64,000 bases of DNA. Source: a virus. Taxonomy: Duplodnaviria; Caudoviricetes. Made by a program: the position numbers and the translations under genes. Below are positions 38,875 through 50,255 of this stretch, piece by piece. The stretch's first letter is position 1; each line of letters starts with the position of its first letter. The notes beneath the pieces were generated by a model. The model was given only the letters and a program-made list of their open reading frames with translations, was not told the DNA's origin and made no database searches. The stretch lies in the IMG/VR virus record IMGVR_UViG_3300014204_000110. One strand, 5' to 3'.

Positions 38875-39516
38875 TTAAGCTTTGTATTGTTTATAAAGTC
38901 CTTCTTTTACTGTACTTATAAATGATTGTATATCTAATCCTTTAAGTACTTCTTTTATTACACTTAAATGTTTTTCTTGTTGCAAATTAATTATTGGAAT
39001 TATTATATCTGTTTTTTTTGATTTTGTTATAAAATCCGCCATTGCTATTGCTTGTCCTGTTCCTCCAGAAGCTTGACCATCTGGAGTATAACATATGACA
39101 AGATCAGTAGGGCTATTCATTAATGGTCCCATTATCTGGAAACTATTTCTTATCATCATCAATTTTGTAGTATCTTTAAGACTGTTCCAAGATACTGGCA
39201 TATTTCTTAAAGACCATACTTTTATTGCATAAGCAGTAGCACTTTTAATATTTAATAGTTTATCAGATAGACACATGTTATTACATTCATAACTATCACG
39301 TCCATTAAATTTTCTCCAAGGAAAGAATATTTGTTTAGGACCTTTTATTGTAGCGCATCCAAGTTCAAATGCCATGTCTGCCCCAGAAGCTCCACCACTT
39401 CTAAGAGTAATGTTATTACGACCAAAATACATACCGATTTCAGTCATTATGTCACAAATGTGTCTAGGCGTGGCTCGCGAGCCTATACCTGAGTAGTACA
39501 TTTTATACTCCAGCAA
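38875..39516 (-). CDS. SLOG/DprA-like nucleotide-processing protein
   Basis: YSGIGSR.TP, LRSGGASGAD.AFE, RN..QIMG, SGGTGQA. Confidence 0.8.
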   Translation of the reverse strand: MLEYKMYYSGIGSRATPRHICDIMTEIGMYFGRNNITLRSGGASGADMAFELGCATIKGPKQIFFPWRKFNGRDSYECNNMCLSDKLLNIKSATAYAIKVWSLRNMPVSWNSLKDTTKLMMIRNSFQIMGPLMNSPTDLVICYTPDGQASGGTGQAIAMADFITKSKKTDIIIPIINLQQEKHLSVIKEVLKGLDIQSFISTVKEGLYKQYKA

Positions 39517-40467
39517 ATGATGTTAGTATACCAGCAATTGTTCCAATAAAAAATACAAGTGCTATACATCCTACTGTTTTAAATATTGTTATTAGAAATG
39601 TCATATTTATCCTTTTGTTATTTTTAATAATGCTTCTATGTGTTCTTCTTGTTTTTGAATTATTTTAAGAAGAAATTCGAAATTTTCATGATAAAAATCA
39701 AATACATCTGATTTATCATTCCAAAGTTCACATTCGTCAGTTTTACATACTTCTTTTATTGCTTTAAGACGTTCAATGTCTGGAACACTTGTAAGATTAA
39801 ATGAACTCATATATTTTCCTTTATATCTATAATAAATTCTTGTTGTTCAGTTATAAATCCACTATTGAGTGATCGAGATTCAAATGGATTTATTTTAGCT
39901 AGAATAATAAACTTATCTATCTGTATAAATAATTTACCGAAGTCATGACAGGTATATTTACCAGATCTTATAAGTTCTCCATCTATACTATTTTCATTTG
40001 ATGACGTTTCTATATACCATAAATTTTTAGGTCCTATCCATGTTATTATATTTGTTCGAATTGCTGTTTGAACTTGTATAACTTTTTGATAGACGTTATT
40101 TTTAAATATAAATCCTTTTCTATTTAGATCTTTCAGAGTTCTTGCATATTCTGAAAATCTGATCATCATACACCTCAAAAAATAAAAATAAATTAAGCTT
40201 TTTCATTACAATAAAATCCATTTGATGTGAAACTTAAAAATGCTAAACAATTATGACAATTATTATGTTTTATTGGACATAGACTAGAATTACTAAGTTG
40301 TTCTATTGGTTTAAAACATTTTGTTATTGTACATTTATTATCTTCAAGTAAAAATTTACATTTAAAGCATTTACCTTTAAATGTAAAAAATGCTGGACAA
40401 TCTGTTTCATCAATAAGTTGAATTTTATTTAAAACTAATTTTGTTTGTATAGGTATTGGTTTATTCA

Positions 40468-40767
40468 TTACCATAAATCTTCTGAAAATAGGAAATCATT
40501 TGGTTCTTTAATTTGACCATGTTTAAATGCATAGTCTCCAGCTTGGTTACGATCTAGAAACTCTCCAAGATCTGTTATAAATCCTTGAGTGTCTCTTATT
40601 TTTTCTTTTACTACTCTTTGATGAATTTCATGATTGTTATTATATACACAACAATGACGGGTTTTAGTAAAATCTTTAGGATGTTTACATACTCCTCCAC
40701 CATTTGGTGCTGTATATATAACGTCTCCAAGTTTAATGGCTGCTGCTACTATCATGTTTTTCTCCAA
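40468..40767 (-). CDS. conserved phage hypothetical protein
   Basis: IVAAAI..RH..QGFITD.GEFLDR..A...GQI...LFSEDLW. Confidence 0.7.
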   Translation of the reverse strand: MEKNMIVAAAIKLGDVIYTAPNGGGVCKHPKDFTKTRHCCVYNNNHEIHQRVVKEKIRDTQGFITDLGEFLDRNQAGDYAFKHGQIKEPNDFLFSEDLW

Positions 40768-41293
40768 TAATAAGTCTTGTTATAAATGGATAAATAGTGT
40801 TATTAGTATCTGGATTTCCATCATCTCCATCCACATATATTGTATAATAACCATCTGTTAAAGTTCCTTTAATTACTTCATTTTGGTTATCGTCGATATC
40901 TTTAACGAGTTGTTTAAGATCAAAATAACAGTCTTTAAGATTAATCAATGATGTTCCACTATAGGCGTATTTACCAGATGGTTTGAATGCTGTCCAATTA
41001 ATTAATCTTTTATTTTGTTTTTCAAAATGTTTTCTTGCTTCATTTGGATATTGCTCAAGAACTTCTTTATAAGATAAACTATCTGGTATTTCTATTTTTA
41101 TAATATTATTTTCTCGAAGTTTTATATTGTCCATTGATATATGTGTATTATATCCAGCTTCGAAAGCATTTCTAGATGCTACTTCTGAAGAAGAAAGAAT
41201 ATAAGCATAGCTTTGTTTTATATCTTTAAGCCATTCTTGAAATTTTTGTTCAATAAAGGATAACATTATGTTACTTTCTAGTTGATGTTCCAT
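40733..41293 (-). CDS. hypothetical protein
   Basis: 186 aa; FKPSGKY motif. Confidence 0.55.
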   Translation of the reverse strand: MEHQLESNIMLSFIEQKFQEWLKDIKQSYAYILSSSEVASRNAFEAGYNTHISMDNIKLRENNIIKIEIPDSLSYKEVLEQYPNEARKHFEKQNKRLINWTAFKPSGKYAYSGTSLINLKDCYFDLKQLVKDIDDNQNEVIKGTLTDGYYTIYVDGDDGNPDTNNTIYPFITRLIIGEKHDSSSSH

Positions 41294-41538
41294 TTAAGTT
41301 TATATTTTAAAATAAATTCTTTAGGGAAAGATGATATCCATCTACAATGTGGACATATAAATTGTTTACCATTAAATACTATTCTAGGCATTGTTTTACA
41401 ACTATTACCACAATATGGAGAATAATCTTTTTTAATCATTAAGTTTTCTCTTATAATAGTTTTTTCTGTCATATATACCTTTTATATAACTGAATATTAT
41501 ATGAATATTTTAATTTCATATAGTATTAGTTATATTTT

Positions 41539-41895
41539 TTAGTTAACTTCTTCGGATACTTCAATATCTTCTTTATTAGGACCAAGAAATTTCATTTTAT
41601 AAGCACGAATTACTTTCTTTGTATAATGATCACCTTTATAATCCCAATGTTCTGTGTGTATTTTACCTTCTATAAAGATAAAACGTTTAGGTCCTAGATA
41701 GTTTTTACACGTTTCAGCAAGTTTTCCAAAACATACTATTTCATGCCATTCTGTATGATTTTGTTTTTCTCCATTACTCATAAACGTTTCATTGGTTGCC
41801 ATGCTAAATGTACATACTGAACAACCATTTGGAGTTATTGTGAATTCAGGAACTTTTGCACTGAGATTTCCAATAAGAATAGTCTGTTGATGCAT
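41539..41895 (-). CDS. ssb: single-stranded DNA-binding protein
   Basis: LIGNL, FSMATN, TEWH.IV.FGKLAE, IEGKI.T..W. Confidence 0.88.
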   Translation of the reverse strand: MHQQTILIGNLSAKVPEFTITPNGCSVCTFSMATNETFMSNGEKQNHTEWHEIVCFGKLAETCKNYLGPKRFIFIEGKIHTEHWDYKGDHYTKKVIRAYKMKFLGPNKEDIEVSEEVN

Positions 41896-41948
41896 ATTGA
41901 CTCCTTGTAGAAAAGTGATAAAATATTCATACTTCTGACATAAATTAT

Positions 41949-42380
41949 TTATTTAGGTGTTAAAATTATAAATCTATCATCAAGTAATTTAGATATAATT
42001 GGTTTGACGTAATTCCAATCTAATCCTCCTAGACCACACCCAGGGCGTGTCAGATATATTTCTGTTAAGTTATACTTATCAACGAGTTTTACAAGTTCTT
42101 TGCATGAATTAATAATAAGATTAATATTTGATTTATCTTTCCAGTTATTTTTAGTTGGAAATGATATAATTGATACTATTTTATTAATAGTTACTATTAC
42201 TGGTGTATTGCCATATTCTTTAACATGATTTCCATAAAGAATTGGTAACTGAGGATATCTCTTTTTAGCTTCTAGAGCTATTCCTGCACCCATGACGAGT
42301 TCACCATTTATTTTAACAACACCATTTGTTGTTATACAAAATGTTTTCTTATCAAAGATATTACCAATTTCTTCTTTCAT
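41949..42380 (-). CDS. macrodomain (ADP-ribose-binding/hydrolase) protein
   Basis: TTNG, VMGAGIA, FPTK..W, PGCGLGGLDW. Confidence 0.88.
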   Translation of the reverse strand: MKEEIGNIFDKKTFCITTNGVVKINGELVMGAGIALEAKKRYPQLPILYGNHVKEYGNTPVIVTINKIVSIISFPTKNNWKDKSNINLIINSCKELVKLVDKYNLTEIYLTRPGCGLGGLDWNYVKPIISKLLDDRFIILTPK

Positions 42381-42450
42381 TATTACCTCATAAGTTCTTT
42401 GTGAGCTTTCTTACAAGAAAGCCATTAGAAATCATACAATTAAAAGAAAA

Positions 42451-42882
42451 TTAAGCTAATAGTTTATCTATATATTCTTTAGCTTTTTCTAGACTCCATG
42501 CATGTATGAAATATTCTCCTCTTGTTACATCTTCATTAGGAAATAAAGTATGTGCTGTTTCTTTTATAGTTGATCCAGTCCAATCTATGTTAATTACTCT
42601 TTTACGCCATCCTATTTTAATTATACCTTTATTTGTTGTTACTAAAAACCAAGGTTTATGTTTACAACAATAGCTAGAACAATATTCATTTGGAATTTCT
42701 TCTACGAATATTGGACAGCTAAATAGTTTTAAAATGTTTTCTTTATTTATTCTGTTATATTCTATTTCTTTTGGATCAAGTTTTTTTGTTTCTGAAAGAA
42801 GTTCATTTATAATTATAGATATATGTTCATCTATAATTATTTTATCATTTTCAGTTAAAGTTCGATTTAAATCTAAATACAA
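42451..42882 (-). CDS. conserved hypothetical protein
   Basis: IPNEYC..CC..PW..G.IKIGWRKRVINIDW..IHAW. Confidence 0.65.
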   Translation of the reverse strand: MYLDLNRTLTENDKIIIDEHISIIINELLSETKKLDPKEIEYNRINKENILKLFSCPIFVEEIPNEYCSSYCCKHKPWFLVTTNKGIIKIGWRKRVINIDWTGSTIKETAHTLFPNEDVTRGEYFIHAWSLEKAKEYIDKLLA

Positions 42883-43517
42883 CTCTAAATTAATTCCAGA
42901 ACTTTCATAACTATAAATTTTGTTAATAACATACTCCTTTATTGAAATAGTTTTGCTATTTTATTGATTATATTTGATCTTTGTTCTTTTGATGGAGTAT
43001 CTACATCACATAATAAATCTTTCATTTCACATAAAGTTTGTTTTAAATTATTTAAAGTATCTCCAAGAAATTCATCATTATATATTATTTTAATTATTTC
43101 ATAAAGATCTTTCTTTGTTAATGTTATATCATGACAATATGTATTATCAACTATATATAAAGACGTTCCAAATTCTTTACCTTCAAAAAATCCTGATAAA
43201 CATATTTCTCTATCTCCATCAGAATTTTTAGAATTAAATTTAGCAATTTTTGTGACCATAATTACTCCTTTATTTGTTTATATAATTTATTGTTATATGT
43301 TCTTAAAATTACTTTGTCTTTTTCTTCTAATGGTTTATTACATGGAATTGTTAATAGTAATCCACATTTTACACACCATGTAATACCAAATTTGTTATCT
43401 CTTATTTTATGTTTATTTTTAATACAATTATTATCAATATAATTAATAACTTTATATTTTTTGATAGATTTTATTATACCTGTTTTTGAGTTTATTATTA
43501 TTATTTCTATCATTGTA

Positions 43518-45260
43518 TTAATCCTTATCGAGATGCTCGGTTATAAGTTTAGCTGCTCTTGCTTCTCCACCTAAACGTCCATGTACTTTATATACCTTTC
43601 CGACATAATCATTCTTATTGTTTAACATATCTAGACATGTTTGTTTATCTCCCAAATTACCAGGGCCTAACTTATACATACGATTACTTTCAAGACTTTT
43701 AAACCATACTACTCCTGAGATGTTATCTTTTTCTGTAACTTTAAGATCGATGCTTTCAATCTTCCAATCATGTTCATCTCCCCATACTTTAACTTTATAA
43801 CCATCATTAATAGAAAGTCCTTTAGGAACTCCAACGAGACCTTCATGATCAGTTCTAAGTTTAGCTTTAGCCATTGGAACGATCTTCCAATAACGACTAT
43901 CAAGAACACTACACAAGGTAGACTGAAGATATCTGTTCTTGTGAAACTCCAAGTTTGTAGTTTCTTGTTGTTTAAATTTATCGAGCCTATAGATGTATAC
44001 TTCTGGAAAGATATCGGTACTCCTGACTTTATGTGAGTTGAGAACGCCTGCGACTTGGCTTGCAGATAGGAAAGACCAACAGATATTTTCGGCTCCTTTA
44101 ATATCCCACAGATAGTTAAGTATTCTACCAATCCTTGTATATCTGTAGAATACCAGTTCTGCCATACCTTGGCTTCTGATAGCTGTTGGTTTATCGATGA
44201 GTTCACTTGCTTTATAAGAATATTCAATTCTATGACTAGTGTTCTTGGACATTCTCGGGGAAAATATTTTGAAACTTTCATTTCTTTCAATTTTTCCAGA
44301 GCTTGTAAAATAGCAACTTGCTCCATCCATTTTTCTGGATATTGTTCCATGATCAACCTTTCTTAGAAACTCAGATTTAAAATCTTCTGGTTGAATCATT
44401 TTAAGATGAAGTCTATCTTTAAATGGTTCATCTCTTGGAATAAGTGTACCAACAATAAGTATTGGTGCAGATGTTTTACTTCCTTCATGTATTTTATACA
44501 CATATAAGCCTTGGTCTGCATTTATTAAAGGAGCGTATACATGAAGTGAAGATTTAACTTCTGGATGATAAAATTCACATTGATCTTTAAATATCACTTG
44601 TCTTGTAAATCCCTGTCCATACCCTTTAAGATTTGATCGCTCTGGATCATAACTCCAATCACAAGTAGCATTAGAAAGTGTATGATCATGATTCCAGACT
44701 ACTCGACTATTCTTAGCTATTTCATTTTTAAGATGATCCAGAAGTATCTGTTTACTATCCTCTGTTAGACGACCTTTAGAATTATATTTAAGATCATTTT
44801 CAAATGGTTTACCACTGACACGATAGACCATCGATAGATGTCCAATATGTAAGTCTATGTGTTTACCTGCTTTATGTGCGTCATGGTAAACTATTACTAG
44901 AGGTCTGATGATACGATTATTAATCAGGCTTTTATTTGTTGAAGTTATCCAGCTTCTTCTAGATGCTCCAAGACCATTTAAAAGCCAATCTTTTGGATAT
45001 TGTTTTGCTATTGAATGACCTTTATTGACATAACTTGAGGCTTTATTTATAAACATAAAATTACATATTTTAGAAGATATTGTATCTGAAAGTATATTTT
45101 CTATACTTTTATGTTTAATAAGATCTCGTGTTATGTTAATTATTTGAGGAATGTATCTAGAATACTTAAATTTACTGAGGCTCCATAAAGATGGATTTAC
45201 TGTTAAAAAGCCTTGTCTGCCTTTTATTAAGTTCTGTGTTATTTGCTGTAACATAATCAT
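43518..45260 (-). CDS. divergent ligase-like nucleotidyltransferase with LigD-phosphoesterase-like segment
   Basis: IVYHDAHKAGKHIDLHI; SRKMDG; FSPR; AE; HEGLVG; YKVK; C-terminal OB-like region. Confidence 0.55.
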   Translation of the reverse strand: MIMLQQITQNLIKGRQGFLTVNPSLWSLSKFKYSRYIPQIINITRDLIKHKSIENILSDTISSKICNFMFINKASSYVNKGHSIAKQYPKDWLLNGLGASRRSWITSTNKSLINNRIIRPLVIVYHDAHKAGKHIDLHIGHLSMVYRVSGKPFENDLKYNSKGRLTEDSKQILLDHLKNEIAKNSRVVWNHDHTLSNATCDWSYDPERSNLKGYGQGFTRQVIFKDQCEFYHPEVKSSLHVYAPLINADQGLYVYKIHEGSKTSAPILIVGTLIPRDEPFKDRLHLKMIQPEDFKSEFLRKVDHGTISRKMDGASCYFTSSGKIERNESFKIFSPRMSKNTSHRIEYSYKASELIDKPTAIRSQGMAELVFYRYTRIGRILNYLWDIKGAENICWSFLSASQVAGVLNSHKVRSTDIFPEVYIYRLDKFKQQETTNLEFHKNRYLQSTLCSVLDSRYWKIVPMAKAKLRTDHEGLVGVPKGLSINDGYKVKVWGDEHDWKIESIDLKVTEKDNISGVVWFKSLESNRMYKLGPGNLGDKQTCLDMLNNKNDYVGKVYKVHGRLGGEARAAKLITEHLDKD

Positions 45261-45343
45261 CCAATCGTTTATGACATATTGAACAATATTTAACGTTTTT
45301 TATTATATTTGGATCTGCATTATGATTACATTTTTCTTGTCGT

Positions 45344-45610
45344 TCAATTATATCTATAAGATCCATGCGTTCTCCATTGCATAATTGTTACAAGAAATGT
45401 TATAATTAGAACTGCTATTACTGGAATAACCATTGATGCTTCTATCCATAATGGAAGAGTTATCATAAATGGTACTTGTACAAGAAGTGTCGTAAGACCA
45501 ATTCCAGAAAGTGTTAAGATGATTACACTTTCAAAATTATTAAATAAATCTTTAAAAATATCAACTATTTTGGATATAACTTGTTTAAATAATCTTTTAA
45601 TAAAGTTCAT
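45344..45610 (-). CDS. two-TM membrane protein
   Basis: Hydrophobic segments. Confidence 0.6.
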   Translation of the reverse strand: MNFIKRLFKQVISKIVDIFKDLFNNFESVIILTLSGIGLTTLLVQVPFMITLPLWIEASMVIPVIAVLIITFLVTIMQWRTHGSYRYN

Positions 45611-47334
45611 GATATAATAATCCTATTATTAGATGGAACACTTTCAAATGGAAGTGATGGCTCATCAAAACGTTTGTTTTTACGTCTATATTCTCGATCT
45701 TTTTTGATTTTATCTTTAAGATTAAAATCTGAATATTTATCCATTTCATTAAGATGATATGAAATTATTTTATTGATATTACTTTGAGTAGATGGAGAAA
45801 TCATTCTTGATGTCCTTTAGTTAAAGATTTTGCAACTTTACGTGATTGATCTTCGGAATAAGCTTCTAGAATTTCTTGTTCTTTTTGATCATGAGCTTGT
45901 TTAATTCTTAAAGGTGCTGATGCTAAAATAGCAATAACTTGTTTAATTTCAGTAATATGATTATCAATTTCATTCTTAAGTTTAGGTTTGACTACTTTTT
46001 TCATATCTTTAAGAGCTGACCAAAGACCTTTAAGTTCACTAATTGTATATTCAAACATTTAAAATCCTTTAATAGATGGAGTATTAAGTATGAAAAAGAT
46101 AAGATTTATTGCTGCTAAGATATATAAGTATTTCATAGTTATATTTCTATAAAATCATTAGGAAGGTTTAGTTTAAAATAATCATTATAACCTTTAATAT
46201 ATCCATCCATATATGCATTTTGATTTTCTTCACATACTAACCCTAATATACTAAAAGCTTGATCGTGTGTTAATCCTGTAGATATAAGATTTTGTACAAG
46301 TTTTTTCTGATCCATATTATTTCTTTCTGTTAATTTTACGACTTTGTTTTTGTTGTTTAACTTTATCTTTTTTAATTTTATAAGGTTTCTTTCTATTTGT
46401 ATTTTGATGTAAATGTGGAAATGCTTTTGTTTGATATTCAGATCTTGGATGTTTAATTGGATCAGTCCATCCTCCAGATATGTAATCAAATGGTGTATAA
46501 ATCATATAATCCTTTCAGTATTCATTTAACATAAGTTCAATAGCTTTATGATCATAATCTTTTGGTTTAAGATTTAATGATATACTTTCTCCATAACAAG
46601 ATACTTCATATTGTGAATTAGTATATCTAATTGCACAAAAACCTGCTGAAGTGATATTAAAATGTTTAAATTCAGAATGTTTTTGACTTGTTGAAAATAA
46701 GATTGGTTGAGTATCATTAACTACTACATATTTCATTTCTTTAGTAATATATTCTCCTTTTCTTTGCAAACTTTCTTTTTTAAAAGAAAAGTTTCTTATG
46801 ATTAGAACGTTTAAAATAAAGATAAATAACAAGTACCATAAACTACTTCATTTGTTTCTATTTCAATTTCAGTTATACAAACCATTAATAAAGGAATCTG
46901 TCCATATGTATGATGTAATGTATTACGAAAAGATATATCAAGTTTATATTTAATAAAATTATTATTAAATATTATTCTTCTAATATCTTTTGGACGTTTA
47001 AATCGAGTTACACAATCCCATACAAAATATACTATATGTTTATATGTGTGACATATTAAAATAAGTATATTAAGTATTAATCCAATTAATACCAATGATA
47101 GTTATATTTTCTTAATCTTGTAGTAATACATTCATATAATGAAAGCATACTTTTATTTATAGACATATATCCTCCTGTTAGTTAAATATCATTGATTAGT
47201 ATTAATTATACTATATATTGTATTATATTACTATTATATACTACACATAGTATTTAATACCATTAATTTGTACCTGGCAAATCTAAAAATTTCATATTTT
47301 CATTGATTTCTCCCGCAATGGTAAAATTGTATAA

Positions 47335-47550
47335 TTACTTATCTGACTTAGGGATAGTAATAGTCATAGACGTATGGTCTTTGAATATGATGCTATTTTC
47401 TATTGTTACAAGTCTACGTATAGGTAGATCTGTGTTATTTACACGAAATCCTATGATACTATTGCCAAATTGTATCCATTCATTGGTAAGAGGTCTATAG
47501 AATTCATCAGTTGGTAGTAGTGGAGTGTTGATATCTAGAAGGATATGCAT
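47335..47550 (-). CDS. hypothetical protein, paralog of 48191-48463
   Basis: ILL..T.L..TDE.Y....W.Q......IRR..TI shared. Confidence 0.6.
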   Translation of the reverse strand: MHILLDINTPLLPTDEFYRPLTNEWIQFGNSIIGFRVNNTDLPIRRLVTIENSIIFKDHTSMTITIPKSDK

Positions 47551-47802
47551 GATATAGCTCCTTTATAGGTGAATTATATGTGTATAAATACCTTGAAATA
47601 ATTAAATAATTCATGTATAAACAGTTAATATATACATAAATTCTTTACAAAACACATATATATTTATGGTGTATACCACAATATATAGTAATTTACAGAT
47701 AATAAGTGATTTGAGCAAAATCAATGACTTACAGAAATAACCTCCATGTTATTAGAGTTTTTAATAAATCTGAAATTATCAATTTTATACCATAGGTTGT
47801 GG

Positions 47803-48129
47803 TTAATAAAATCTATTATCATAATCATATTCATCATCTATATCTGGATAAGCTGCATATTTTTCAGTTACTACTGGTTCAATACCTGCATTACTTAAAG
47901 CTATTTGATTTTCAATTTCAACCATAAGATCAAAATTTAGATCTTTATGTATTGATGCTCCAAGTATGTTAATACCGATAATAGCTAGAAGTGTAGCTCC
48001 TTTTTCATGAATGCAATCTTTGCAGTTAGTATCTGGATTTGATAATGGACATGGTATATTTTGTTCTGCTATACATGAATATAATCCTCTAGAGATAAGT
48101 TCTTCTTTTACTGCATTGAGAATAGACAT
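47803..48129 (-). CDS. hypothetical protein
   Basis: AAGGAG RBS, Cys cluster, acidic tail. Confidence 0.65.
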   Translation of the reverse strand: MSILNAVKEELISRGLYSCIAEQNIPCPLSNPDTNCKDCIHEKGATLLAIIGINILGASIHKDLNFDLMVEIENQIALSNAGIEPVVTEKYAAYPDIDDEYDYDNRFY

Positions 48130-48447
48130 AGATACTCCTTTGATAAATGTTTAATATGTTATATTAACCCCTCGTTACACTCGGGGGAGTTTATAGTTGA
48201 ATTGATATTGACATAGTTATTTTATTTTTTTCTTGATAAAATCCTTTGTTAGTATTAATAGTTATTTTTCTACGTATATTACCAAATACATTATGATAAT
48301 ATGTAGTATTTGACCATTCTTTTGGTATTTGCTCCCATGAGTTATTTATATATCTTTCATCAGTTGATATTAGTCTCATGGTGTTAGTTAGTAGTATGTA
48401 TATATCGTTATCGTAAGAAACTGGATTCCAATTCATAACATTCTCCT

Positions 48448-48810
48448 TTATGCTAATTTCCAACTATCTTTATTTGTTTTAATTCTTGGAGATATAAAAT
48501 GTCTATGTATCTTTAATAACAATGATGCAGTGAATCCTATAGATAGACCTATTAAAGCTCCATATACACCTCCAGACATGCCAATACTTCCCATTGCTAA
48601 TGCTACACCTACGTCTAGAACAATTGGTGCGCCTTTGGGTAATATACTTATAAATCTGAATGGATAAGCCATTCTATTCTTGATATTACTATGTTTATCT
48701 GTATATACATTAAGAGACTTTAATGCTTTAAAGAATGGTAACATTTCGTTATAAGTTAATATAACGTTTATGATAGCTATCAATGTACCGATACATAGAA
48801 TGATTAACAT
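48448..48810 (-). CDS. membrane protein
   Basis: AAGGAGG RBS before MLIIL; three hydrophobic segments. Confidence 0.6.
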   Translation of the reverse strand: MLIILCIGTLIAIINVILTYNEMLPFFKALKSLNVYTDKHSNIKNRMAYPFRFISILPKGAPIVLDVGVALAMGSIGMSGGVYGALIGLSIGFTASLLLKIHRHFISPRIKTNKDSWKLA

Positions 48811-48914
48811 AAGTCCTCCTTGGTAGATATTAAACATCAGACATAAACAAAGAATTAAAAATAAAAAAGGTAAGTTACTCTATCTATTTCTAGATATTTC
48901 ACTTACCTCTTTTT

Positions 48915-49106
48915 GATCAGTGAGGAGATTTAAACTATAGACAATTAGCTAACCGACTCAAATGCCTTTGAGAATGAATTATCTATTACTCCTACTACAT
49001 GTAGCAACGCTTGTAGACTATCTCTGGCTTCTAGATTGAAGCAATACGCAGTAACAGAGATATACCTTTGCTGGTGTTGCTAAATTCCAGTTCAGTCACA
49101 CTGATC
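48915..49106 (-). ncRNA. orphan structured RNA followed by terminator
   Basis: GAUCAGUG/CACUGAUC closing stem, internal CUGG/CCAG and AUCUCUG/CAGAGAU stems; GGUAAG..CUUACC-U-run terminator at ~48862-48909. Confidence 0.5.
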
Positions 49107-49468
49107 TCTTTTTATATAATGGATTTTCGATAGTTAAAAATGATAGTCTAACTGTGTACTATCTGGGATTGTTTGACGGTAATCCTACTTTTTAGTGGTC
49201 TACACATATTGACTTTTTGACTGGAACCATATTCAATATGTAGATATACTCCACTCAGTAACCATAACCAGTTGAGGTGTTAAATGGGCTGCTTGCACCC
49301 TGTGTGTTTCTATTCTACATTACATAGAGTAGTCATTCCAGACGCGTGGTAAGCAGCCATTAATCAGACATAAATTTAACGGGAATTCATATAAACTCCT
49401 ATAGATGTTAGAAGTTGAACGTTGATAAACATACTAACACGTAAACTAATCAATAATCAGACATAAAC

Positions 49469-49618
49469 TTATTTGTGTATTACCTTACACTTGATCTCAC
49501 GATTGTTGAGCAATCTGGCTGCATGTGCTGACATCTTTGTGATGGTGATCTTGGAGATGTTGTGAGCCATCGGTGACTCACTGAACTGACGAAATGAACC
49601 TTTAACTCTGATAAGCAT
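49469..49618 (-). CDS. small basic protein (49 aa, below ORF-track cutoff)
   Basis: AAGGAG RBS; MLIRVKGSFRQFSESPMAHNISKITITKMSAHAARLLNNREIKCKVIHK. Confidence 0.6.
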   Translation of the reverse strand: MLIRVKGSFRQFSESPMAHNISKITITKMSAHAARLLNNREIKCKVIHK

Positions 49619-49946
49619 ACTGAACTCCTTTGATAATAAGTTGTATGTAATGATAGATATAACTTACTTAGATGTTACCGTTTACCGTTCTGATGACGGA
49701 CTGATTCTCCTCGATTTTCAGTTATATCTATCTATAATATTCAGACATAAATTTCTTTATGTTTTTGAAAATAAAATGAACTTTATGCTTGTAGAAAACA
49801 ACCTATTAATGTATTTAATAGATACGTTAATAAGATGTTTTTGCTTACTTTTTATAAAAAAGTAACAACATGGCAGTATCCTTGTAAAATAAAAAGCCAT
49901 ATCCAGATACAATACAGATCTCTGGATACAGCTTTAACCAAAGGAG

Positions 49947-50255
49947 TTACTTGTTAAACTCTGAATTAAACCCTTCCTGAGCTTTCTTCAAAGTGTTATT
50001 GGCAATCTTACCCACGAACATACCCGATACTTTGAACACATTACTTACTGCTGATGTAGCATCCTTTGCTACTTTCTGACGATTCTCTTCCTTGAGGGAG
50101 TTATTGATAAGCTGAGTAGCATTATCAATAGTACTATCAACCTGTGCTCTGATAACTTTGACAATGTCTTTCTTGTCCTTGTTAGCCAGAGTATCGATCC
50201 CATCGGCAGTAGTCTGGAGTGAAGTAGCCAAACTGGTAAACAAACCTTTTAACAT
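49947..50255 (-). CDS. amphipathic helical hypothetical protein
   Basis: AAGGAG RBS before MLKGLF. Confidence 0.6.
   Translation of the reverse strand: MLKGLFTSLATSLQTTADGIDTLANKDKKDIVKVIRAQVDSTIDNATQLINNSLKEENRQKVAKDATSAVSNVFKVSGMFVGKIANNTLKKAQEGFNSEFNK

Noticed and set aside
43709-44356. 215-aa alternative-frame ORF inside the ligase-like gene
   Set aside because: Unusually long for this AT content, but has no RBS or motif, and the host frame carries the motifs; treated as a shadow.
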